Shown here: in pieces, positions 49,118-63,114 of the stretch
Layout: each line of letters starts with the position of its first letter
How positions within the stretch are numbered: the stretch's first letter is position 1
NCBI RefSeq assembly: GCF_006345805.1
Contig: NC_043009.1
Coordinates: forward strand, 40,610,001-40,674,000
From: Octopus sinensis
Taxonomy: Eukaryota
Direction of reading: 5' to 3'
Length of the DNA: 64,000 bases
The notes under the pieces: model-generated
Told to the model about the DNA's origin: nothing
What the model saw: only the letters and a program-made list of their open reading frames with translations
Database searches by the model: none
Program-made: the position numbers and the translations under genes

Positions 49118-50639
49118 GCACGCACGCATGCACGCACGCGCATACTTTGGATCTTGAGGAACCCTACTTCCCCCTCGGGACTGCGAAAACAGACTTGATC
49201 TACTTTGTTAAATTTCTCCTTACAGTGAAGGGCAAATTCGATGATGGTGCCTGACGTAACCTATGTCAGAAAAGGCGAGAATGGCTTTGTTCATGGATCT
49301 GCTCGATTAGGAGTGAACCAGAGCTAAATAACAACAAAAACTACAGGCTAGGGAAAAAGGTAGTAATTAAATCTAATAGTGTTTTTTTTTTGTTTTTTTT
49401 TACGAATGATGGTTTAACAGAATTGCTACACCGTATGATTCGACGGTGATATCTATACATTCTTTTACGAGATTCAGTGATTGGACTGTGGCCACGCTAT
49501 GGCAGCGACTAGAAATGTTTAGCTGATCAAATTGATTCCAGTACATTTTAAGTTTGGTAGTTATTTTATCGGTAACTTTTGTCGAACCGCTAGGTGCAGA
49601 GACGTAAACACTCCATCATCGGTTCAAAAGCATAAGTCTGTATTTACTTAACAAAAGCTAGTCTATTAACAACATTAACTGCTTCTACTCCTATCAAGAC
49701 TGCAGAACACTCAAACGACACACAGACACACACACGGGCGCGCGCGTGCTAAATGGCAATTTCATTATATATGGCAACTTCATTATATATATTAATCTTA
49801 CTCATTAATATAATCACAAAAACTTAATGTAAAACATTTGTTATATCAATGCTTGAAATTTGGTGGCATTGGGTGTCATACAACACCCAATACAAAAACC
49901 CACCACACGCCACTGGCACTTACACAAATATATACATGCATGCACACACTTTCATACGGTGTTTTGCACAAGGTATTAGTCAGTTCGGACACTTGGACAC
50001 GTTGGTGTACTGAGGGATTAAACCCGAAGTGAATTTCCTAATCACAGTGCCATGTCTACGCATGCATAACTGACATAAAGATTTTCAGATAATAGAAATG
50101 TAACAATCGATCAATCAATAATGGAAAATACAATTAATAAATAAATGATAATGGTTGATATTTCTATAATAAAATACTGCTATTTGTGTTGTTCCGGTGA
50201 AAATTGTAAACATTAAAAAGGAGACTAAAATATATTGAAAATTTCAGTATGCAAGTGTGGCTGAGGGATAGAAGTGTGCTACCTAAACAGTTGGTTCTAG
50301 GTTCAAACCCAATGACTGGAAAATTGATCGAGTGCCTACTACTACAGCTGTGAACTAACCAAAATGGATATACTACGCGGAAATTGAAAGAAGCCCACCC
50401 AAACACAGAGAAATATATATATATACACATATACATACATACATGCACATACATATACAGACAAACATATTCATATACATATACATATAAACACACACAC
50501 ACTTATATACACACATAAACATACTTATGTGTGTGTGTGTACATACAAATAACAAACTCACATACACACTAAGTTGCATGGGCACTTTCATTTTGGAATC
50601 AGCAGTACGTCATTATCTCCCCTGTCCAACACATTTTGT

Positions 50640-50830
50640 CCAACTAGTCGCTATGATTGACCGTCAAATGCACGGGATTGTTTTTCTCTCCCTGTATATC
50701 TACGAATCCCTTTCTGTTGAAGAGCGTAGGCGCGAAACATAAACGACTTTCCGACCGTCAAACAAATGCACTCGCTTGTTGTTTATACACTTGTCTTGGT
50801 CTTTTGTGTTCTTTTACATCTTAAATATAT
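50640..50830 (+). mobile_element. Second P1 Penelope-like terminal repeat with degenerate hammerhead
   Basis: 50711-50748 reads TTT-CTGTTGA-A-GAGCGTAGGCGC-GAAA-C-ATA-AAC. Ends in (TA)n. Confidence 0.55.
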
Positions 50831-50835
50831 ATATA

Positions 50836-52135
50836 TATTTTTTAGTTTCAGCTCAGAGCTGCGACCATGCTGATGCACCGCCGTTTTGTGCTACACTGTT
50901 ATTACGAAGAGCCTCCTCTAATATGTGGCACTTGGTCAAGAATTGAGTTTGATATAGCTACCCTCATTTGCACCTCTTGCCGTGAGGTAGATTCATCTGG
51001 GACTCTCAACAGGAAGAGGTCCAGCTTTGATTTAAAAACCGCTACATCTATTTTGTGCAAGTTCCTGAGACTCTTTGGGAGAATATTAAAGAGCTGTGAG
51101 CCCTTGAAACCCAGGCTGTTGCAGTAGCTGGTCCTGAAGCGTGATGGCATTGCTGGGATCTTTGGCACTATGCAGTGTCGTCCCGTTCTAGCATTGGTGT
51201 AGCTCACAATGCCAAAATTTGGCACAATTCCTCCAGGATCTTCCAGATATATATTACTGCATACCTCTCCCATCTTCTCTCCAGGGAGTAGAGTCTTAGC
51301 TGTTTCAACCTTTCCCAGTAGCTGAGCTGTTGCAAAGAGACGATCTTCTTTGTGAATCTTCTCTGGATTGCTTCAAGGTCCGCTGTTAATTTCACACTGG
51401 TGGGTGACCATAGCTGTGAGCAGTAATCCAGGCGGCTGAGGACGAATGTCCGCCAGAAGACCATCATGGTTTCCTTATCTCTGGTTCTGAATGTTCTTAG
51501 GATCCATCCAGCCAGTCGTCTGCACTTTGTCGCCATCCTGGTAATGTGCACTTGGAAGGAGGTATCATCACTCATGTCGATACCCAGGTCCCTCACAGAC
51601 TTAGGCTCTGGGATTTAAATTCCCTGTGGACCGGTGTACCCTGTAAGTTTAGTATTCAGTTTTGGATGCTGGTAGTGCAGGGCCTGGAATTTTTTAGCAT
51701 TAAACTGCATATTATTATCCACAGCCCATCTGTAGATTGAGTCCAACTCCTGCGGCAGGTGTGCAACATCACTGGGGTTCTGTATTTTCTGTGAGACTTT
51801 CGTAAAATCTGCATAGCTTGCCAGAGTGGCTATCCGGACATTTGAGGGAATATCTGAGAGGGCCACTATAAAAAGCAGTGGTCCCAAGACAGTGCCCTGT
51901 GGAACACCGCTCACTATTTGTGTGTTCATAGAAGTGGCTCCATTAACCACTACTGCCTGACTCCTATCTTTCAGGAAGTCATGTAACCACTCCCCAAGTT
52001 TTCCAGCTATATCAAAGTCACGCAGTTTGGAGCATATCATACCACGATCCACCTTTACCACGATCCACCTTGTCATAAGCTTTTGCAAAATCAATATATA
52101 TATATATATGCATACATATGTACGTATTGCGAAAA
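50836..52135 (-). mobile_element. CR1/L2-type LINE, 5'-truncated ORF2 reverse transcriptase with intact 3' tail
   Basis: YIDFAKAYDKVD, SGVPQGTVLGPLLF, YADFTK, LDYCSQLWSP, LYSLERR motifs in broken frames. 3' UTR runs to about 50836. Confidence 0.93.
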
Positions 52136-52284
52136 AAGGAACGCCGTCGTAAAACCGATTATAACAGCGACTCCATCTAAGAATATCTAAAGAAGGAATT
52201 TTATTACTAAATATCATCGGACTATGAATGACTGAATTACAACAGTTATATAGTCCATTGTTTGTATTATTGTGCAATCAGAGA

Positions 52285-52295
52285 AAAAAAAATAT

Positions 52296-52383
<88 letters not shown>

Positions 52384-52474
52384 CTTCTTCCCTTCTTTCC
52401 TGAGCGTCCAATACTACTTTATTTGTTCCACGTCCTTGCGTTGTTGTTTTTTGTTTTCTTGTTTGGATTGACTT

Positions 52475-52516
<42 letters not shown>

Positions 52517-52797
52517 TATAAACAGATAGATAGATAGATAGGTAGATATACATATATACACACATATATATATATATATACACATAAATATGTACATATA
52601 TATATATGCACACATATATATACATATATATACACACATATATACACATATATATACACACACACATATATATATATATACATATATATATACACACATA
52701 TATATACATATATATATACACACACACATATAAATATATATATACACACACATATAAATATATATATATACACACATATGTATATATATATATATAT

Positions 52798-52831
<34 letters not shown>

Positions 52832-53245
52832 ATTATAACAATATATATATATATATCTATAGGCGCAGGAGTGGCTGTGTGGTAAGTAGCTTGCTAACCA
52901 ACCACATGGTTCTGGGTTCAGTCCCACTGCGTGGCATCTTAGGCAAGTGTCTTCTGCTATAACCCCGGGCCGACCAATGCCTTGTGAATGGATTTGGTAG
53001 ACGGAAACTGAAAGAAGCCTGTCGTATATATGTATATATATATATGTATGTGTGTGTGTGTTTGTGTGTCTGTGTTTGACACACAATGCTGGTGTGTTTA
53101 CGTCCCCGTCACTTAGCGGTTCGGCAAAAGAGACGGATAGAATAAGTATTGGGCTTACAAAGAATAAGTCCTGGGGTCGATTTGCTCGACTAAAGGCGAT
53201 GCTCCAGCATGGCTGCAGTTAAATGACTGAAACAAGTAAAAGAGT

Positions 53246-53315
<70 letters not shown>

Positions 53316-54026
53316 TACAACATATATATATTTACACATACATATATATACATATAAATATAAACAAATATATACAAACATATGTACATATATATATACA
53401 TACACACATACATATACATATACACACATACATACATATACATACATATATGCATACAAACATATGTATGCATATATATACATACATTTACATATACATA
53501 CATACACATATGTACATGCATGTATATATATACAAGCACACAGACATATATATATATACATACATATACATATATATACATGCATGTATATATATACAAA
53601 CACACACATATGTATATACATGCATATACATACACATATATATATACATGCATATACATATATATATATACATACATATATATATATACATACATATATA
53701 CATACATATATACATACATATATACATACATATACATACATATATATATATACATACATATATACATACATATATACATACATATACATACATATACATA
53801 TATATATATACATACATATATACATACATATACATATATTCATACATATACACACATACATACATATACATACATATATGCATACAAACATATGTATACA
53901 TATATATACATACATTTACATATACATACATACACATATATACATGCATGTATATATATACAAGCACACAGACATATATATATACATACATATATACATA
54001 TATATACATGCATGTATGTATATACT

Positions 54027-54057
<31 letters not shown>

Positions 54058-54360
54058 CATACATATACATATATATATACATGCATATACATACACATAT
54101 ATATACATGCATATACATACACATATATATATACATGCTTATACATATATATATACATACAGACATACACATATATATATATACATGCATATACATATAC
54201 ATACATATACATATACATACATATACATATATATATACATATATTCATACATACATATACATATATATATACATATACATATATTCATACCTATATACAC
54301 ATATATACAAATACATATAATATATAGACATACACAAATACATATATACACACAATACAT
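52285..54360. repeat. Large compound (TA/CA/TACA) microsatellite field interrupted by a family A SINE
   Basis: Low-complexity sequence. Source of the 100-300 aa Y/I/H/T ORFs. Confidence 0.95.
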
Positions 54361-55260
54361 ACGTACATTAGGTTCTCCGAAGCACATGTCAAGTTGTTTT
54401 TCACTGTAAAACGTTGACCCTGTTTGAAAGAGAACTTCGATCCTTCAATTAGGTTAACGCATATACCACTGATAGGTCTTCCGCATTTTTTTACTGACGG
54501 CTTCAGTGTTGTTGTCGAGTGTACTTGGGCTTGTGTTAGGAAACTTTTCACAGATTTGGGTTGTCTTTTACTCCTTATAGTGTGCGTTTGGAGGATAAAA
54601 TTCACACTGTGGTCCCATTTTAGTAAAGGATTGCTCTGGAGGATGGTGCCGAAGGCTTCATTGTTAAGAGGATTGTGTGGAGAGATGTATGGTAGAGCTT
54701 TTGGTTGTAAATCCTTCTTTAATTTGGGAAGCCTGAGTTCGTGGATGTTGAGTTGTAGGGCACATTGAAAGCCTATATCAATTAGTGATGGTGGGTAGTT
54801 CCTGGCAATGAGTGTATCCTTAATTCAAGTAGTCGTGTGTTTCTGGTGCTAGTATTAGAAACTATAGTACAAATCCTCTTTGCTAGGTTGAAATGGATAT
54901 TCATTCTAGTGTGTCTGGGGTGGCATGTCTCAATGGACGGTATACTATATAACTCTAGTACTATCCATATTAGAAGACACAACATATGAAAAGTCCAACA
55001 CCACAGTCAGCAGAATATAATGAGAAACCTAAAATCTATGCTGAACCTATACAGAGAAGGGCTCACTGACAAGGAATACGATTATATGACTAACTTCAAA
55101 AGTAAATCCAGGAAAATCCAAGAAATAAACCAAATTCATCAAAAAGACATTTGAACAGAATGCGATGGATGTGTATAATGATGAACTGAACGCTATTACG
55201 TAATTTTTGTTTTTGTTTTTTTTGAAAACCGTTTGAGGATATAACGTTAAAAGTAACATA
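54360..55260 (-). mobile_element. Penelope-like element fragment (RT thumb to start of GIY-YIG endonuclease)
   Basis: CHPRHTRMNIHFNLAKRICTIVS...RLLEL and KKCGRP...[27 protein letters not shown], with frameshifts. Confidence 0.82.
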
Positions 55261-55779
55261 TACAAAATGGAGGGTAAAGGAAAGAAATAAGCAGAAACGT
55301 AATAAATGAGAAATGTAGAGCGACTAGCTTAAGGTGACCCGCTCTACGCGCGGGTAAGGGTGTGGTTGTTATTTTCTGTTGCATCCTTTCGGCACGTAAA
55401 AAGCACCATCCGAACGTGGCCGATAGCAGCGCCGCCTTGACTGGCTTCTGTGCCGGTGGCACGTAAAAAGCACCAACCGATCGTGGCCGCTGCCAGCGCC
55501 CCTCCCCCCGTGGCACCTGTGCCGGTGGCAAGAAAAAAGCACCCACTACAATCACGGAGTGGTTGGCGTTAGGAAGGGCATCCAGCTTAGAAAAGGCTAT
55601 AACACGTGTCGGAAGTAAAAGAATTTGAATAACACTAGCGTTTAAATCCATTTATTTACTTTTATATATTATACAAAATATTTCACATCAAACCGGAGAT
55701 TCTACCTTAAAAAACAGGGCATTACGTCTTTATTACTTGTGTGATTGTTTGCTGCCCTGATAACTGTTTGTCTATGTAT

Positions 55780-56234
55780 TTAGATAGATAGATATATGTA
55801 TATAGATAGATAGATATATATACATACATACATATATACATATATACATACATACATACATACACATATATAAATAAATTAAGTACCAGTTACGCACTGG
55901 GGTCGATTACATCGACCTAATCACTTTGTCTTTGTTTGTCCCCTCTATGTTTAATCCCTTGTGGGCAATAAAGAAATATATATATACATACATACATATA
56001 TACATACATACACATATACATACATATATAAACATACATAAATGCATGCATACATAAACACACATACATAGATGTACAGACATAACATGCACGCATGTGC
56101 ATGTATGTGTATGTATATGTATGTGTATCTAGGTGTATGTATATGTATGTATGTATTTATGTATATATGTATGTAGTATATATATATATATATATGTATA
56201 AATATATGTGCATATGTATATATATGTGTGTATA

Positions 56235-56267
<33 letters not shown>

Positions 56268-56367
56268 ACATGTATACATACATGTACACATACATATGTG
56301 CATGTGTACATATACACATACATAGATATACATACACATATATACACACATACATATACTTACATGC

Positions 56368-56399
<32 letters not shown>

Positions 56400-56765
56400 A
56401 TATACATACTTAATAGTAAACTTGATTATTAGTATGTGTAGTTGAATATGGTTTCGTAAAGTGTACATGTTCAACTCCTAGAACGCTATGACCAGGTGTT
56501 TTAACAGGTACTCAAACACTCAAAAGTGGTTGTGATATATCTCGACTTTGCAAAGTCTGTAGATAAATTCTATTAGGAAATGATATGTCAAACTGATATA
56601 TATATATATATATATATACGTACATACATATGTGTATACATATACATATATACGCACATATGTGTATACGTATATAAATACATATGTATATACATACACA
56701 CATATATATGTATATACATATATACATACATATGTATGTACATATACATATATAAATACATATAA
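55780..56765. repeat. Compound microsatellites with SINE and LINE fragments
   Basis: TA/TACA/TAGA runs. Confidence 0.9.
56430..56600 (+). mobile_element. LINE reverse-transcriptase fragment
   Basis: YGFRK...VVIYLDFAKS motif with stops and frameshifts. Confidence 0.7.
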
Positions 56766-56789
56766 GGAGAAAAGTTCGTTTCATGTCAA

Positions 56790-57402
56790 AAACAGTGAAT
56801 GAAAATCCTGAACAAACTTTAAAACCCAGCAGAGAAAGATGTTATTTGATTCTTCTCAGATGAGAAAGAAATTTAATCAAGATCAGAAAGTAAACAGAAG
56901 AAATGACAGATGGCTATGTACAGGCCCTTCGGTAAGTTCTAAGAGTAATTAATACAAATTTTCCTGCAACTGTCATGGTTTTGGGGGTTGTCTGCAATGA
57001 AGGACATGTGATGCCTCCTCACTTCTTTCCACAAAGTCTTCGAGGAAACTGCTGCCTACATAGATGTTCTGAATTCAGTGGTTAAGACATGAATCGATAA
57101 TGTACGCAACGGAAGACCTTATATGTTTCAACAAGATTTGGCTCTAGGTTATAGCAATGCAAGAATGGATGGCAAAAAATTTCCATGACCACATAACCCC
57201 TAATATTTGAGCTCCTAGCTCCCCAGATCTCAATCCATTAGACTACTATGTATGGAGCGTAGTTGAGAAAGAGGTTAATGAGAACTCTCACAACATCAAA
57301 GAATCCCTAAAGGCCTCCATAGTGATAGAAATGTCCAATATGAACACAGACCACTTGAGCCTAGCCGCTATTGAAGCTGAAGGAGACTTTATTGAATAAA
57401 AT
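56790..57402 (+). mobile_element. Tc1/mariner DD37D (maT-like) transposase fragment
   Basis: Across frameshifts: FSDEK-FNQDQKVNRRNDRW, PATVMVLGVVCNEG, MFQQD, SSPDLNPLDYYVWSVVE. Confidence 0.8.
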
Positions 57403-57943
57403 GACGAAACAATATGTTTACTCGTTTACTTGCTTCAGTCATTTGACTGCGGCCATGCTGGAGCACCGCCTTTAGTCGAGCAAATCGACCCCGGGACTTA
57501 TTCTTTGTAAGCCCAGTACTTATTCTATCGGTCTCTTTTGCCGAACTGCTAAGTGACGGGGACGTAAACACATCAGCATCGGTTGTCAAGCAATGCTTGG
57601 GAGACAAACACAGACACACAAACACATACATATATATACGACAGGCTTCTTTCAGTTTCCGTCTACCAAATCCACTCACAAGGCATTGGTCGGCCCAGGT
57701 CTATAGCAGAAGACACTTGCCCAAGATTCCACGCAGTGGGACTGAACCCGGAACAATATGGCTGGTTAGCAAGCGACTTACCACACAGCCCAAAACCTCT
57801 TTTAGTAAAAGGGCATTATTTTTTGTTTCTAAGAGTCATTTTAAGTATATAACTATCCTCGAGCATCCAATAACACTATACTTGTCCTCGTGTTGTTGTG
57901 TTTTCTCTTTGTGTTTCACGTTTGGATTAACTATATATATATA

Positions 57944-57992
<49 letters not shown>

Positions 57993-58946
57993 AGGCTTCT
58001 TTCAATATATATATATATATATATATATAACGGGCTTCTTTCAGTATGTCTGTGTGTGGCTACCGATTGACATTCCAGGTAGGTTCTTTACGTTCCCGTA
58101 ATATAGCAGTTCAGCAAAAGGGAACCGATAGGCTAAGTACCAAGCCTTAGAAAGTAAATAATGGGGGCGATCTCCCTTCATAGCATTCTCCCAGCTTAGC
58201 TGCAGTCCAATGACTACAACAAATAAAAGAACACAGAGAAGTTGCACCAACTTCACACGGGGCGTAACAAGAAACGCCTTCCGCATTTGTGGGCCGACAA
58301 ACATTTCAACAGGAACCGTACGGTGTGAACCAGTTTAACCCATAAATGTGATTAAGAATAAAAAATTGTTTCAAGACGCTGTTACCGCCTGTTTAACTTC
58401 ACTAGTAGTAGTAGTAGTAATGTAATAATATGGGAAACATTTTCTGCTATACTAGTACAAAATAAATTAATGCTTCCCAACCACATGGTTCCGGGTTTAG
58501 CCTTGTGCGTGGATTCAAGGCGTAGGAGTGGCTGTGTGGTAAGTAGCTTGTTTACCAACCACATGGTTCCGGGTTCAGTCCCACTGCGTGGCACCTTGGG
58601 CAAGTGTCTTCTACTATAGCCTCGGGCCGACCAAAGCCTTGTGAGTTGATTTGGTAGACGGAAACTGAAAGAAGCCCGTCGTATATATATATATATATAT
58701 ATATGCGTGGGTGTGTTTGTGTGTCTGTGTTTGTCCCCCTAGCATTGCTTGACAACCGATGCTGGTGTGTTTATGTCCCCGTTACATAGCGGTTCGGCAA
58801 AAGAGACCGATAGAATAAATCCTGGGCTTACAAAAGAATAAGTCCCGGGGTCGAGTTGCTCGATTAAAAAAAAAAGGCGGTGCTCCAGCATGGCCGCAAT
58901 CAAATGACTGAAACAAGTAAAAGAGTAAAGAGTATATATATATATA

Positions 58947-59229
58947 TGGCATTCTTTCGATATAGCTCGACAAAATCAAAATACTTCACTTCGGGTATTT
59001 CCGTGGAAGCAAATGACAGCAGATTCTGTTTTCTGCGTAGAAATTTGCGGATTTTACATGCACACAGGTAAGAACAAATACACAGGTAATAACAAATATG
59101 CGAGGCTTTTTTTCTTCAAGCTTAAAATGAGACATTGCTGGCATAATTTCGTTATATCTATGCTCCATAACCCACGGAAATACCCGGTGAAATGTTTTGA
59201 TTTTGTCGAGTTATATCGAAAGAAAGCCA
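58947..59229. mobile_element. MITE inserted in (TA)n
   Basis: TIRs of about 60 bp, tggc(a/t)ttctttcgatata.ctcgacaaaatcaaaa...gggtatttccgtgg, with TA flanks. Confidence 0.8.
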
Positions 59230-60535
59230 TATATATATATATATATATATAAAAAATATAAAGAGAGAGAGAGAGAGAGATGTATATGTGTCCGTGTTTG
59301 TCCTCCACCATCCCTCGACAACCGATGATGGTGTATTTACGTTCCCGTAAATTAGCGGTTCGGCAACAAGAGACCGATAGAATAAGTACTAGGCTTAAAT
59401 AGAAAGTAAAGGGGCCGATTCATTCGACTAAAAGTTTTCCAAGGCGGTGCTGCAGCATGGCCGCAGTCTAATGACTGAAACAAGTAAGGGAAGGGAGAGT
59501 CGAATTTCACCCGATAATGAGTGGATGTATTTTGCTTCTCATCCTTCTGAGATCGATAAAATAAAATATCGATTAAGTATTGGATCAGAATCGATTATAT
59601 CCACCCCCACTCCACTACCAACCACAAAAAGTATGTAAACGTATTATCCATCTTCAGAAATTAATATAATCGTTTGTTTCGGTTGATGGACTGCGGTCAA
59701 GCTGGAGCACCAACTCGGAAGGTCTTCATCGAACGAATCTACTCCAGTACTTATTTTTTTTAAGCCCTAGAACTCATTCTGTCGTTTTGGAACTGAACTG
59801 CTGTGTTATGTGGGCGTAAACAAACCAAGACCGGTCGTCAAGCAGTGGGGGCTGGGGCGGAACAAAAAAGACGCGCATACACACGACGGGTTTCTTTGTT
59901 TCTGTCTGCTAAATCCACAGGGGTTAAATCGACCCGAGGAAAGAGAAGAAAACACTTGTCCAAGGTGCCATGCAGTGGGACTGAACCCGGAATTGATTTA
60001 GGAATCAAACATCTGATCACAAAGTCATGCCTTTAATCTTGTCTCATTCTCAAAGCGGAATAGAAGCCTATATGAATGATTTTATTTCAGATATGTATAT
60101 TCTGTGTTCAAATCCCGCTGTAGTCAAGTTCCGTCGAGGTCGACTTTACCTTTCATCTTTTTGGGGGTCGTTAAAATAAGTACCAGTGAAACACTGGGGT
60201 AGATATAATCGACTCATTCCCTCTCTCCAAATTGCTGCCTTTGTGGCAAAATGTGAAGCCATTATTATTATAATCATCATCATCATCATTATTATTGATA
60301 ATAAAAATAATAATAAGTAGTAGTAGTGAAGGTGGAGGAAACTAGGTTATCCAATGTGTTCCTTTGTTTTCTATGAGGATAAATATGATTTTGAGGGAAA
60401 TTCGGTTGCTATTTCTCGCACGTCGAACGATCTGAGAAAGACATCCTCATTGAGTTTTCGTTTATTCTAAGTGAAACCCAAACCAGTCTGTTACACACAC
60501 ATTAATACACACACAGACTAGCACACGCACACACA

Positions 60536-60575
<40 letters not shown>

Positions 60576-61746
60576 GTACATATATATATATATATATATA
60601 TACATACATACACGTTTGCAAATAGGAATAAACGGTTCGTTAAGACAGATCTTACAAACCCATTAATTAACAATTTGTTGGCCAACTTCTTTGGAGAACA
60701 ACTGAGAACATTCTTTAATGAACGTTTGATCAGGATTGAGAGTGACTCGTAGAAGAAGTAGGGTCATCAGTGAAGGCTACAAGACTACCATTGAGTCTGT
60801 CTTAGCTTTCAGAATTAAAACTACTTAAAGCAAATCATTAGAGAAAAAAAAGTACAGAAAAAATAAGCTACTGGCTGACAGAGGAAAAGGAGAAAAATTA
60901 ACGGCTGGTGTTTAAATTGCGGGTTTGTTGTGACAATTAATCGCTAATATAGAGAGTTAATAAGGTTAGTTAAATGGCAGTGAGAACTTTACAAACAATT
61001 GATCAGGAAATCTGTTGTCTGTCAATAAGAAATGAAACGTTTTCTTATCGCGATTTCTATGTAACTACACTCTCTAGAAAGATTACCTTTATAATAATTT
61101 AAAACGAATAAAATTTGGCTGAAAGAAAAGAAAAGAAAAGAAAAGAAATGATAAATATGAAGATTTCTAGTTTTTTGGCACAGCGCCTGTACTTTTAAGG
61201 TACGTCGATTAATTACATCGATCCTAGAGTTCAACCTGTACTTATTTTATCGACCTTGAAAGGATGAAAGGCAAAGTCGATCTCGGTGGAATTTGAACGT
61301 AGAACGCCGAAGTGGACGAAATGCCCGGCGTGCTAACGATTCTGCCAGCTCGCCGCCTTCTAATAATAAATTTGTGTTTCTAATTTTAGCAGAAGGCCAG
61401 AAATTTTTGAGGAAGTCGACTACACCTGCCCTCAGTGGTTAACTGGTACTTTGCCTTTCATCCTGAAAAGATGAAAGGCAAAGTCGACAGCGGCGGAATT
61501 CGAACGAAGAATTTAATAATAATAATAATAATAATAATAATAGTAAAAATAAAATCCCTATAAATAGTGTTTATTTTTTTTTTTTCAAGGCGCAGGAGTG
61601 GCTGTGTGGTAAGTAGCTTGTTTACCGACCACATGGTTCCGGGTTCAGTCCCACTGCCACCTTGCGCAAGTGTCTTCTACTATAGTCTCGGGCCGACCAA
61701 AGCCTTGTGAGTGGATTTGTTAGACGGAAACTGAAAGAAGCCTGTC

Positions 61747-61838
<92 letters not shown>

Positions 61839-62382
61839 GTATGTGTTTATGTGTCTGTGTTTGTCCCCCTAGCATTGCTTGACAACCGATGCTGGTGTGT
61901 TTATGTCCCCGTTACTTAGCGGTTCGGCAAAAGAGACCGATAGAATAAGTACTGGGCTTACACAAGAATAAGTCCCGGGGTCCAGTTGCTCGATTAAAGG
62001 CGGTGCTCCAGCATGGCCACAGTCAAATGACTGAAACAAGTAGAAGAGTAAAAGAGAGAGAGAGTAAAACTAACGTCAACATTAGTCCTCTGGTAGCAGT
62101 TAATTAAGGATGAATGAAAATGCATAAGAATTTTCCTAAGGCATACTTTGATCCAATATAAATACAGTTTGTTAATATACATTTTAATAAACACCGCATG
62201 AAAATAATACAAGAACAATCTATTGCTAGTTTAATAACATTCTTTGTGTGTGTGGTACTAATAACCTGGTGTAGAAGTCAATATACGTATGCTTCTGAAC
62301 GAAGCGTTGATCGAGTAGAGAGCGATGATAAGAACCAAGAGGACAAAGGAATAAATCGATTTATTCCTTTATCACTTACAAA

Positions 62383-62445
<63 letters not shown>

Positions 62446-62875
62446 TGTGTGTGTGTGTGTGTATAGTATGTAGATGTCAGTGAAGGACTAATTAATGCTA
62501 AAATAAAAAGAAGGAAACATGAAGCAAACGAGAAATGGTAATTAACAAGTAATTAAAAAAAAAAGGAAATAAATGTTGAAATACCTGCGTCTTTGACAAT
62601 GTGATCGTTCCAGTAAGCGATAGAAGCAGAAAAAATAACTTTAGGCCCATCGCGTGTGCGTTTGTGTGTGTATTGCAGTTAACTTATTGATAAGAGTCGC
62701 AAGGTGGGTATACACACTTCTCACGTAGTAACAGTTAAATGGTATAGAAAAAGTTGTCAAATGGAAATTGAATATTTACACTAATCTCTTGTCACGTGAT
62801 AGCAATTTACGCTTTCATTGGTTTAAGTTAGTCGCGATTTAGTGAAAAAGTTTAGTCGGCAGAGATTTTTCTTAC

Positions 62876-63114
62876 TGCTTTCTCTTTTTTTCTTTCTGTT
62901 GTTTCTTTGATATTTCTCTCTCTCTCTCGAAGAGCGGCGTGAAATGAAGTGTTTGTAGACTGAACTAGGAAGTATTCTTCGAGTTAACTTTTTCAAAGTG
63001 AGAGTATACGGTTGATTGTTATCTATGTTTTATATAAGATCTCTCGCCCTCTGACCAAGCGATGCTGCCTCAATCCGCCCACATAAGGATGTCACGTTGG
63101 AATATTTTGAGTCA
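62876..63114 (-). promoter_or_regulatory. Candidate TATA promoter and non-coding first exon
   Basis: Minus-strand TATATAAAA at 63036-63028, pyrimidine-A start about 30 nt downstream (63005), GTAAGA donor at 62875, AP-1 site TGAGTCA at 63108-63114. Motif inference only. Confidence 0.3.

Noticed and set aside
53190-54409. Long ORFs (241-319 aa) rich in Y/I/H/T/C/M, and similar ORFs at 31770-32415, 52349-52777 and 55951-56474
   Set aside because: They are translations of TA/CA/TACA microsatellites, which lack stop codons in several frames.
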